Shown one piece after another: positions 16,725 through 24,896 of a DNA stretch of 43,798 bases. The notes under the pieces are model-generated. The model did no database searches, was not told where the DNA came from, and saw only the letters and a list, made by a program, of their open reading frames with translations. The position numbers and the translations under genes are program-made. Within the stretch, counting starts at the first letter, position 1. Every line of letters begins with the position of its first letter. Origin of the DNA: a virus (taxonomy: Duplodnaviria; Caudoviricetes); IMG/VR virus record IMGVR_UViG_3300024996_000142, positions 1 to 43,798 of that record; one strand, given 5' to 3'.

Positions 16725-18315
16725 CCCGGGCGAGGTCGAGCGGCTGCTGGGCTACCTGAAGCCCGCCGAGCGCGCCGAGCTCGACCGCCTGCTGGCGCAA
16801 GCACCCCCCTGGCTGCCGCTGCCGGGGCCGCAGACGCAGGCATACACCAGCGACGCCGACGTGATCGGCTACGGCGGCGCGGCGGGCGGGGGCAAGACCG
16901 ACCTGCTCGCGGGACTGGCGTTGTGCGAGCATCAACGATCGCTGATCATCCGCCGCGAGAAGGCGCAAACCGAGGGCGTGGTGCAGCGCCTGACCGAGAT
17001 CACGGGCACTACGACCGGATACAGCAGCCAGAAGTCGATCTGGAAGCTGCCCCTGGGCAAGGGCGGCATCGTGGAGTTCGGCGGCCTGGACAACCCGGGC
17101 GACGAGCGGCGCTGGCAGGGCAGGCCGCATGACCTGAAGGCTTTTGACGAGGTGACCGAGCAGCGCGAGCAGCAGGTGCGCTTCGTGATGGGTTGGAACC
17201 GCACGAACGATCCGGGCCAGCGTTGCCGGGTCTTGATGACATTCAACCCGCCGACCTCGGCCGAGGGGCGCTGGGTGCTCGATTTCTTCGCGCCTTGGCT
17301 CAAGCCCGAGCACCCGCTGTACCCGACGCTGCCGGGACAATTGCGCTGGGCGGCCGTGGTGCCCGGGCCGGATGGCGAGATGGTGGACGCCTGGGTGGAT
17401 GGCCCCGAGGCCTTCGTGCTGGTGGATGGCAAGCCCTGCCACGTGTTTGATCCGGCCGAGTACACGCCCGAGCAGATCATCACGCCCAAATCGCGCACCT
17501 TCATCCCTGCGCGGGTGACGGACAACCCCTACTACATGGCCTCGGGCTACCTGGCGACGCTGCAGGCGCTACCCGAGCCGCTGCGCTCGCAGATGCTGTT
17601 CGGTGATTTTCAGGCGGGGATCGAGGACGATCCTTGGCAGGTGATCCCCACGGCATGGGTGCAGGCGGCGCAGCAGCGGTGGGCACGCCCGGCCAGGCTG
17701 GAGCCGATGGACAGCGTGGGGGTGGACGTGGCTCGCGGTGGGCGCGACAAGACTGTGATCGCCCGGCGCCACGGCATGTGGTTCGACGAGCCACTGGCAT
17801 ACGCTGGTGCGGACACGCCGGACGGCCCGAAGGTGGCGGGGTTGGTGGTTGCCGCGCTGCGCGACGCGGCGCCGATCCACCTGGACGTGATCGGCGTCGG
17901 CGCGAGCCCCTACGACTACCTGCGCGATCTCAAGCAGCAAGTGCTCGGCGTGAACGTGGCCGAGGCGGCCACGCGCCTGGATCGGTCGGGGCGCCTGCGC
18001 TTCTTCAACCTGCGCAGCCAGCTTTGGTGGGCGATGCGCGAGGCGCTCGACCCGCAGGCGAACACAGGCATCGCGCTGCCACCTTCGGCAAGCTTGCTGG
18101 CGGATCTGTGCGCGCCGCGCTGGGAGCTCTCGGGCAGCGTGCTGAAGGTGGAGAGCCGCGAGGCCATCATCAAGCGGTTGGGCCGCAGCCCCGACTTCGC
18201 CAGCGCCTACGTGCTGGCGCTGATGGACACGCCCAAGCGCGCCGCCCTGATGGCCGCGATCGAGGGGGCGCATGAAAAGGGCAGGCGCTCCTACGATCCC
18301 CTGCGCAACATGTGA
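16702..18315 (+). CDS. terL: Terminase large subunit
   Basis: YGGAAGGGKT Walker A, AFDE Walker B, TFNPP, GVDVARGGRD nuclease and RSPD motifs. Confidence 0.95.
   Translation: MMLRGSPSPGEVERLLGYLKPAERAELDRLLAQAPPWLPLPGPQTQAYTSDADVIGYGGAAGGGKTDLLAGLALCEHQRSLIIRREKAQTEGVVQRLTEITGTTTGYSSQKSIWKLPLGKGGIVEFGGLDNPGDERRWQGRPHDLKAFDEVTEQREQQVRFVMGWNRTNDPGQRCRVLMTFNPPTSAEGRWVLDFFAPWLKPEHPLYPTLPGQLRWAAVVPGPDGEMVDAWVDGPEAFVLVDGKPCHVFDPAEYTPEQIITPKSRTFIPARVTDNPYYMASGYLATLQALPEPLRSQMLFGDFQAGIEDDPWQVIPTAWVQAAQQRWARPARLEPMDSVGVDVARGGRDKTVIARRHGMWFDEPLAYAGADTPDGPKVAGLVVAALRDAAPIHLDVIGVGASPYDYLRDLKQQVLGVNVAEAATRLDRSGRLRFFNLRSQLWWAMREALDPQANTGIALPPSASLLADLCAPRWELSGSVLKVESREAIIKRLGRSPDFASAYVLALMDTPKRAALMAAIEGAHEKGRRSYDPLRNM
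18266..18297 (+). promoter_or_regulatory. Putative late promoter 2 (inside the terL 3' end, ahead of hydroxylase-GNAT-portal)
   Basis: GGGCGCATGA-N16-TACGAT. Confidence 0.7.
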
Positions 18316-18911
18316 GACCACCCGTGCACCTTGCCCTGAGCGCTTCGCGCATCGCCACCCGCATCGACGTTCACCCGCTGGTGGACGCGATCGCCGCGCG
18401 CCCGCACCTGTGGGCGCTGCGCACCTTGCGCCAGGACTACCCGGGCAGCCCGCACGCCGACACGCAGGCCATTTGCCTGCGCCTGCCGGAGAACGCGCTG
18501 ACCTGTCCGCGCGACTTGCAGGAAGACCTCACGGCCACAGCGACGCCAGAGTGCGCGCAGCTGTGGGAGCCATTGCAAGGCGTGTTCCTGCCCTTGCTTC
18601 GGGCGCTTCGAGTGTCCCGGCTGGGGCGTGCGGTGATCGTGCGCCTGCCCGCAGGGGGCCAGGTGGCTGAGCACGTCGATCAAGGTGCCTACGCCAAAAC
18701 GTACAGCCGGTTTCACCTGGTGTTGGCCAGCACGATGGGGTTCCGCTTCAGCGTGGGTGAGGAGGTGCATTCGATGGCCCCGGGTGAGTGCTGGTGGTTT
18801 GACCATCGCCAGACGCACAGCGCGCGCAACGAAGGCCCCGGCGATCGCATCTCCTTGATCTTCGACGTGCAAACCCCGTGGTTCACGGTTGGAGGGCAGG
18901 ATGAGCCTTGA
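18312..18911 (+). CDS. Aspartyl/asparaginyl beta-hydroxylase-like 2OG-Fe(II) oxygenase
   Basis: RLPAGGQVAEHVD (HxD), RFHLVL, GECWWFDHRQTHSARN (distal H) and DRISLIFD (2OG-binding R). Confidence 0.88.
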   Translation: MRPPVHLALSASRIATRIDVHPLVDAIAARPHLWALRTLRQDYPGSPHADTQAICLRLPENALTCPRDLQEDLTATATPECAQLWEPLQGVFLPLLRALRVSRLGRAVIVRLPAGGQVAEHVDQGAYAKTYSRFHLVLASTMGFRFSVGEEVHSMAPGECWWFDHRQTHSARNEGPGDRISLIFDVQTPWFTVGGQDEP

Positions 18912-19350
18912 CATTGAAATTCGCGAGATCACCACGGGCGAGGTGGTGGCGCGCCCTGACCTGATGCAGGCGCATTGGGACGACATCTGCCGCATCAAGC
19001 AATGGCCTTGCGCGCCGGACGTGCCGCGCTTCGAGGCCCTGGCCAAGCTCGGCGTGCTCTTGATGCTGGGCGTGTTCGTGCAAGGCGAACTGGTGGGCTA
19101 CTCGATCAACATCTTCGGGCGCCATTTGCACTATGACTTCATGCTGATGCAAAACGACGCGCTGTTCTTGCTGCCCGAACATCGGCAGGGCCGTGCCGGG
19201 CTGCGCCTGTTGCGTGAAACGGAGCGCCGGGCGAAGGAACGCGGCGCGGCTTACATGGTTTGGCACGCAAAAACAGACACGGCTCTGGATGCCATGCTGC
19301 CCAAGATGGGCTATGGCGTGCAGGACATCCTCTACAGCAAGGAGCTTTGA
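18901..19350 (+). CDS. GNAT-family acetyltransferase
   Basis: GELVGY, LFLLPEHRQGRAGLRLLRETE (motif A), MGY; start reassigned to ATG 18901. Confidence 0.88.
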   Translation: MSLDIEIREITTGEVVARPDLMQAHWDDICRIKQWPCAPDVPRFEALAKLGVLLMLGVFVQGELVGYSINIFGRHLHYDFMLMQNDALFLLPEHRQGRAGLRLLRETERRAKERGAAYMVWHAKTDTALDAMLPKMGYGVQDILYSKEL

Positions 19351-19351
19351 A

Positions 19352-19894
19352 ATGGCTTTCTCCGCAGTGATCGGCTCGGTTGTCGCTGGAGCGGCTGTCG
19401 CGAATGAGAACGGCCGCCGTGCAGCCAATCAAGCCGAGGAGGCTCGCAACCAACAAGCCTCCGCCCAAGCAGCTCAGCAGGCGCAGGCTGATGCTGCACT
19501 TCGACAGCAGCAAGAGCAGTTCCAGATCCAGCTCGACAAGCAAAACGAGGCCATGCAAATGCAGCAGGCGGCGTACAACGACCAGCTCTCGCAGGCGCGT
19601 GTGGCGCAGCAGCAGCAGGCCGATCAGTTCAAAACCGCTCTTGAGCAGTCCAAGAGTTCTGCCGAGCAGCAGGCTGCCCAGTCGGCGGCGCAGCTTGGAG
19701 CCATGCAGCAGCAGTTCAAGCTGCAGGAACAATCCTTCAACAAAGCAAACCAAAAGCAGCCTGACCTTGCGGGCATAGATGCGAAGAACCGCCAGGCGGC
19801 ACGTACCGGGCAGGGCGGCACGTTGCTCACGGGGCCAAGCGGCGTGAAGAAAGACGACCTGCTCCTGGGCAAAAACACATTGCTGGGGGCGTGA
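19352..19894 (+). CDS. Gln/Ala-rich pre-portal virion protein
   Basis: Hydrophobic N-terminus, long Q-rich coiled coil, C-terminal GTLLTGPSGV...LGKNTLLG; AAGGAG RBS. Confidence 0.8.
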   Translation: MAFSAVIGSVVAGAAVANENGRRAANQAEEARNQQASAQAAQQAQADAALRQQQEQFQIQLDKQNEAMQMQQAAYNDQLSQARVAQQQQADQFKTALEQSKSSAEQQAAQSAAQLGAMQQQFKLQEQSFNKANQKQPDLAGIDAKNRQAARTGQGGTLLTGPSGVKKDDLLLGKNTLLGA

Positions 19895-19895
19895 A

Positions 19896-21572
19896 TTGGC
19901 CGATCCGCTTGCCCTCGTCCGCGATCGCCTGGACGCCCGCTGGCAGTCACTCAAGAGCGAGCGCGCGAGCTGGCTTGCGCACTGGGAGGACATATCCCGC
20001 CACCTGCTGCCGCGTTCGGGGCGCTTTCTAAACGCACGCCCGAACCAAGGCGCGAAGAGGCACAACAACATCTACGACAGCACGGGCACGCAGGCGCTGC
20101 GCGTACTGGCCGCCGGGATGATGGCAGGCATGACCAGCCCCGCGCGCCCCTGGTTCAGGTTGACCACGAGCGACCCCGAACTGGCCAAGTATGGCTCCGT
20201 GAAAGTGTGGCTGCGCGACGCCACCGAAGCGATGCGTCAGGTGTTCCAGCGCTCCAACACCTATCGTACGTTGCACACGATGTATGAGGAGCTGGGCGCG
20301 TTCGGCACCGCAGCCACTATCGTGAGCCCGGATTTCTCCACCGTCATCAACAACGTGCCGCTCACTGCGGGTGAGTTTTGCATCACCACGCGCGAGACAG
20401 GCATGGTCTCGGCCTTGTACCGCGAGTTCCAGGCCACGGTGGCGCAGCTGGTGGCTGAGTTCGGCATCGACGCGGTTTCACCTGTGGTGAAAAGCATGTA
20501 CGACCGAGGGCAGCTTGAAGAGTGGATCCCGGTGGTTCACGCGATCGAGCCGCGCGCCGATCGGGATGCGCGCAAGCGCGATTCGGCAAACAAGGCGTTT
20601 CGCTCCACCTACTTTGAGCAGGGTGCGCGCCCGGGGCAGTTCCTGCGCGATTCGGGCTTCGATGAATTCCCTGCGGTTTGCCCGCGCTGGGAGGTCTCGG
20701 GCGGCGATATCTACGGCCACAGTCCGGCCATGGAGGCGCTGGGCGACATCAAGCAGCTGCAGCAGGAACAGCTGCGCAAGGCGCAGGGCATCGACTACAT
20801 GACGAACCCGCCGGTGCAGCTGCCCACGGGGGCCAAAAATCACGAGTTGGACTTGCTGCCCGGCGGCGTGACCTACGTGGACGCGGCGGGGCCGCAGGGC
20901 GGGGTGCGCCCGAGCTTTGAGGTGCGCCTGGACTTGAACCACCTGCTGGCCGATATCCAGGACGTGCGCCAGCGCATTCGCGGCTCTTTCTACGCTGATT
21001 TGTTCCTGATGCTGGCGAACCAGCAGGATGCGCGCATGACGGCGACCGAGGTGGCCGAGCGGCACGAAGAGAAGATGTTGATGCTCGGGCCTGTGCTCGA
21101 GCGCTTGCACAACGAGATGCTCGATCCCCTGGTGGGCATCACGTTCACGCGCATGTTCGAACTCGGCGCGCTGCCACCGCCCCCACAGGAACTGCAAGGC
21201 AGCGAGCTGCGTGTGGAGTACGTTTCGATGCTCGCGCAGGCGCAGCAGGCCGTGGGAACCAACAGCGTCGATCGCTTCGTGTTCACGCTGGGTCAAGTGG
21301 CCCAAATCAAACCGGAGGTGCTCGACAACCTGGACAGCGACCATTGGGCCGAGGCCTACAGCGACATGCTCGGCGTTGATCCGCGCCTGCTGGTGCCTGC
21401 GGAGCAGGTGGCCCTCGTCCGACAACAGCGCGCCCAAGCCCAGCAGCAGGCGCAGATGCAGGCTGCGATGCCCCAGCAGGCGCAGGCGGCCAAGGACGTG
21501 TCCCAGATCGATCCGGCGCAACTGCAGAACGTGATCGGCATGTTCAGCGGCTACAACAGCCCGGGCGCATGA
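19896..21572 (+). CDS. Portal (head-tail connector), T7 gp8-like
   Basis: YDST, TSPARPWF, GDIYGHSP, MTATEVAERHEEK motifs. Confidence 0.95.
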   Translation: MADPLALVRDRLDARWQSLKSERASWLAHWEDISRHLLPRSGRFLNARPNQGAKRHNNIYDSTGTQALRVLAAGMMAGMTSPARPWFRLTTSDPELAKYGSVKVWLRDATEAMRQVFQRSNTYRTLHTMYEELGAFGTAATIVSPDFSTVINNVPLTAGEFCITTRETGMVSALYREFQATVAQLVAEFGIDAVSPVVKSMYDRGQLEEWIPVVHAIEPRADRDARKRDSANKAFRSTYFEQGARPGQFLRDSGFDEFPAVCPRWEVSGGDIYGHSPAMEALGDIKQLQQEQLRKAQGIDYMTNPPVQLPTGAKNHELDLLPGGVTYVDAAGPQGGVRPSFEVRLDLNHLLADIQDVRQRIRGSFYADLFLMLANQQDARMTATEVAERHEEKMLMLGPVLERLHNEMLDPLVGITFTRMFELGALPPPPQELQGSELRVEYVSMLAQAQQAVGTNSVDRFVFTLGQVAQIKPEVLDNLDSDHWAEAYSDMLGVDPRLLVPAEQVALVRQQRAQAQQQAQMQAAMPQQAQAAKDVSQIDPAQLQNVIGMFSGYNSPGA

Positions 21573-21594
21573 CTCTGAAACACGCTCCTACAGT
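21563..21594 (+). promoter_or_regulatory. Putative late promoter 3 (head operon)
   Basis: GGGCGCATGA-N16-TACAGT-N7-ATG. Confidence 0.7.
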
Positions 21595-21601
21595 GCCCCC
21601 C

Positions 21602-21904
21602 ATGTCCACGTACGACCCGTTCGAGCTGCAGGTGCAGCAAGCTGCGGCAGCCAGCGCCACGCAGGAGAGCGAGCGCGAGGCGCGCCAGGCGGCCGAGCAC
21701 CTGCGGGCGGTGGTGTCCACCTTGCCTGGGCGACGTGTGCTGTGGAGCGTGCTGGTCGATAGCGGCTTGTTTCGCAGCTCCTACACCGGTGGGGACGGGA
21801 CCATTTTCAACGAGGGCATGCGCAACGTGGGCTTGCGGCTGGTCGCGCGGATCCGCGCCGCCTGCCCCGACGACTACCTGCGCATGTTCGAGGAAAACGC
21901 ATGA
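21602..21904 (+). CDS. Bbp19-like small post-portal protein
   Basis: GRRVLW...FRSSY...FNEGMRNVGL...CPDDYLRM; start reassigned to ATG 21602. Confidence 0.8.
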   Translation: MSTYDPFELQVQQAAAASATQESEREARQAAEHLRAVVSTLPGRRVLWSVLVDSGLFRSSYTGGDGTIFNEGMRNVGLRLVARIRAACPDDYLRMFEENA

Positions 21905-22482
21905 CCGAAGAAGTTTCCAATCCCGGCGCTGCCGCCGCCCCGGCGGCCCAAGCTCCAGCGGCGCCTGTCGCCACCCCCGCCGCTGCCCAGGTTCCAGCAA
22001 CCGCGGCGCCTGTCGCCGCCCCCGTCACCGCCCCTGTCACCGCCCCAGCGCCGCGTGCGCCCGAGCAGTACGAGGCGTTCACGCTGCCCGAGGGGCTGAC
22101 TGGCGACGCCGCGCCGGACTTCACCGCGTTCAACACTTTGGCCAAGGACCTCGACCTGAGCCAGCAGGACGCGCAAAAGCTGGTTGATTTCCAGGCCAAG
22201 GCCGTCAGCGCGTCGCGCGCGCAGTGGGCCGAGGCGGCACACGCCGACAAGGAATTCGGCGGCGAGAAGCTCGACGAGAACGTGGCCGTGGCTCGCAAGG
22301 CGATCGACACCTTCGGCACGCCCGAGCTCAAAGCCTGGCTGAACCAGACGGGCATCGGCAACCACCCGGAGCTGATTCGGGCCTTCTACCGCGCGGGCAA
22401 GGCGATGTCGGACGACAAGATCGTCGTCGGCAAGCAGGCGCCCGCCGCGACACGCAGCCTGGCCGACCGGCTGTACGGATGA
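21901..22482 (+). CDS. Probable capsid scaffolding protein
   Basis: A/P-rich N-terminus, APEQYE, LSQQDAQKL, GNHPELIRAF..GK.MSDD; precedes the MCP. Confidence 0.8.
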   Translation: MTEEVSNPGAAAAPAAQAPAAPVATPAAAQVPATAAPVAAPVTAPVTAPAPRAPEQYEAFTLPEGLTGDAAPDFTAFNTLAKDLDLSQQDAQKLVDFQAKAVSASRAQWAEAAHADKEFGGEKLDENVAVARKAIDTFGTPELKAWLNQTGIGNHPELIRAFYRAGKAMSDDKIVVGKQAPAATRSLADRLYG

Positions 22483-22515
22483 TTTTTTGACCGCCGCCAC
22501 TAAGGAGCAACACTC

Positions 22516-23541
22516 ATGGCAAACCTGAACCTTGGTCAGTTGACGCTGGCCGATTGGGCCAAGCGCCTCGACCCGGACGGGAAGACGGCGGCCGTGGCCG
22601 AACTGCTTTCGCAAACCAACGAGGTGCTCGATGACGCGGTGTTCGTCGAGGGCAACCTGCCCACGGGGCACCGCGTGACGATCCGCACCGGCCTGCCCGC
22701 CGTGTACTGGCGCTCGATCAACGCGGGCGTGCCCGTGGGCAAGAGCTCGACCGCGCAGGTGGACGAGTCGGTGGGCATGCTCGAAGCCTACTCGCGCGTG
22801 GACAAGGACCTGGCCACGCTCAACGGCAACACCACGGCGTTTCGCCTGAGCGAGGATCAGGCCTTCCTCGAAGCCATGAACCAGGCACAGGCCCAGACGC
22901 TGATGTATGGCAACCCGGCCACCGATCCGCGCCAGTACCTGGGCCTGGCCCCGCGCTACAGCGCCATCTCCGGTGCAGGCAACGGCGCGAACGTGCTCGA
23001 CGCGGGCGGCACGGCCTCGGCCAATACCTCGATCTTCCTGGTGGTTTGGGGTGAGAACACGGCGTTCTGCCACTACCCCAAGGGTTCGCAAGCAGGCCTG
23101 AGCCACAAGGACCAGGGCGAGATGACCGTCTACGACGAGAGTGGCAACCCCTACCAGGCATTGCAAACCCACTACCAGTGGAAGAACGGTCTCGTGGTCA
23201 AGGACTGGCGTTACGTGGTGCGCATCGCCAATATCGACACGGCCACCTTCGCCGCGATGTCGGGCACGCAAGCCACCTCGGCGGTGGCGACCAACATCAT
23301 CCACTTGATGGCCCGCGCGATGGATCGCATCCCGAATTTCGGCATGGGGCGCGCCGCGTTCTACATGAACCGGTCGGTGCATTCGCTGCTGCGTCGCCTC
23401 GCCATGGAAAAGTCGGTCAACTCGCTGGCGCTGCAGCAAGGGCTCGACCAATTCGGCAATGCCAAGGTGTGGGGCACGTTCGACGGTGTGCCCATGCGCA
23501 AGGTCGATCAGATCCTCAACACTGAAGCGCGCGTCGTCTGA
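22516..23541 (+). CDS. Major capsid protein (BPP-1 Bbp17-like)
   Basis: TLADWAKRLDP, ELLSQTNE, RTGLP, DWRYVVRIANID; TAAGGAG RBS. Confidence 0.93.
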   Translation: MANLNLGQLTLADWAKRLDPDGKTAAVAELLSQTNEVLDDAVFVEGNLPTGHRVTIRTGLPAVYWRSINAGVPVGKSSTAQVDESVGMLEAYSRVDKDLATLNGNTTAFRLSEDQAFLEAMNQAQAQTLMYGNPATDPRQYLGLAPRYSAISGAGNGANVLDAGGTASANTSIFLVVWGENTAFCHYPKGSQAGLSHKDQGEMTVYDESGNPYQALQTHYQWKNGLVVKDWRYVVRIANIDTATFAAMSGTQATSAVATNIIHLMARAMDRIPNFGMGRAAFYMNRSVHSLLRRLAMEKSVNSLALQQGLDQFGNAKVWGTFDGVPMRKVDQILNTEARVV

Positions 23542-23557
23542 ACAAGGAGATTGAACC

Positions 23558-24025
23558 ATGTACATCGACAAGCAAACACTGCTCGCGGGCACGCAGAACG
23601 CAGACAACACCATCTCGGCGCAGACCGTGACGGGCGCCTCGGCCGTGGTGTCCGACAACGCCATCGACCTGCGCGTCAAGCGCGACGCGGGCAAGGGCAC
23701 CGCGTTGTACGGCGCCTTCCAGGTGGCGACCGCAGCCGCAGGCGGCACGGCCATGGAATTCCAGATCATCGCCGCCGACGACGCGGCGCTGTCGAGCAAT
23801 GTGCAGGTCGTGGGCTCCACCGGCGCCGTGCCGCTGGCGCAACTCACCGCTGGCGCGCGCGTGGCATGCAGGCTGGGCCCGAGTATCGGCAACACGGGCC
23901 AGCGCTACCTCGGCGCGCGCTTCGTGCCCACGGGAACCATGTCGGCGGGTGCGTACATCGGCGCGCTGACCGTGGGCATCCAGGATGGCCAGACCTTCTA
24001 CCCGGCGGGCTACGCCGTCATTTGA
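23558..24025 (+). CDS. Capsid cement/decoration protein (Bbp16-like)
   Basis: MYIDK, SDNAIDL and QRYLGARF; immediately after the MCP with AAGGAG RBS. Confidence 0.8.
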   Translation: MYIDKQTLLAGTQNADNTISAQTVTGASAVVSDNAIDLRVKRDAGKGTALYGAFQVATAAAGGTAMEFQIIAADDAALSSNVQVVGSTGAVPLAQLTAGARVACRLGPSIGNTGQRYLGARFVPTGTMSAGAYIGALTVGIQDGQTFYPAGYAVI

Positions 24026-24036
24026 GGAGCGAAGAC

Positions 24037-24225
24037 ATGGCGAAAAAGTATCGCGTGCTGCAAAAGTCCTTCATCAACAACGCCATCCGCGAGGAAGGCG
24101 AGGAGGTCGAGTACGACGGCGAGCCCGGGCCGAACCTGGCGCCGGTGCAAACCTTCAAGCCCGCCAAGCCCGCCAAGGACGCAAAGGACGACAAGCAGCC
24201 CGCCAAGGACGCCCCCCTGGCCTGA
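24037..24225 (+). CDS. Small head-associated hypothetical protein (62 aa)
   Basis: MAKKYRVLQKSFINNAIREEGEEVEYDGEPGPNL; GAGGAG RBS. Confidence 0.75.
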   Translation: MAKKYRVLQKSFINNAIREEGEEVEYDGEPGPNLAPVQTFKPAKPAKDAKDDKQPAKDAPLA

Positions 24226-24253
24226 GTTTTGCGCACCCGTGATTGATGGGGTT

Positions 24254-24278
24254 CGGGGGCCAGCGTGCCCCCGTTTTT
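24254..24278 (+). terminator. Rho-independent terminator after the head operon
   Basis: CGGGGGC-cagcgt-GCCCCCG-TTTTT. Confidence 0.85.
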
Positions 24279-24293
24279 GTTGGAGATTGAAGC

Positions 24294-24896
24294 GTGGCCT
24301 CCGAAATCGACATCTGCAATCTGGCGCTGGCGCTGCTGGGCGACGATGCCACGGTGGCATCGATCGACCCGCCCGAGGGCAGCCCGCAGGCCACGCATTG
24401 CGCCCGTTTCTACCCGATGGCGCGCGCCATGCTGCAAAGCATGCACGAGTGGAGCTTCTGCACGCGCCGCGACGCCTTGGCGCAGTTGACCCGGGTGCCG
24501 TCGTATGGTTGGCAAGTGGCCTACGCGATGCCACCCAAGCTGGCGCGCGTGATCGAGGTCGTGGGCGAGCAAGGCGAGCCGCTGCTGGATTACGCGGTAG
24601 AAACCCTGGATGATGGTCTTCCGGTGCTCTACGCGAATGCGCAGGGCGTGCTGATCCGCTACACGCAGTTCGTCACCGATCCGGCGCGCTTCCCGGCGGC
24701 GTTCACCGACGCGCTCACCTGGCTGCTGGCGTCGATGCTGGCCGGGCCTTTGCTCAAGGGCGACGCGGGCGCCGTCGCGGCCAAGCGCTGCCTGGACTAC
24801 TTTTACACCGCGAAGCTGCCACACGCTCGGGGGGTTGATGTGGCCCAGCAGCGCGGCAAGCCCGCGCATGTCGCCCCCTGGATGGCCCAGCGATGA
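24294..24896 (+). CDS. Tail adaptor (tail tubular protein A, T7 gp11-like)
   Basis: SEIDICNLALALLG...HEWSF...F.DAL...LA. Confidence 0.85.
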   Translation: MASEIDICNLALALLGDDATVASIDPPEGSPQATHCARFYPMARAMLQSMHEWSFCTRRDALAQLTRVPSYGWQVAYAMPPKLARVIEVVGEQGEPLLDYAVETLDDGLPVLYANAQGVLIRYTQFVTDPARFPAAFTDALTWLLASMLAGPLLKGDAGAVAAKRCLDYFYTAKLPHARGVDVAQQRGKPAHVAPWMAQR

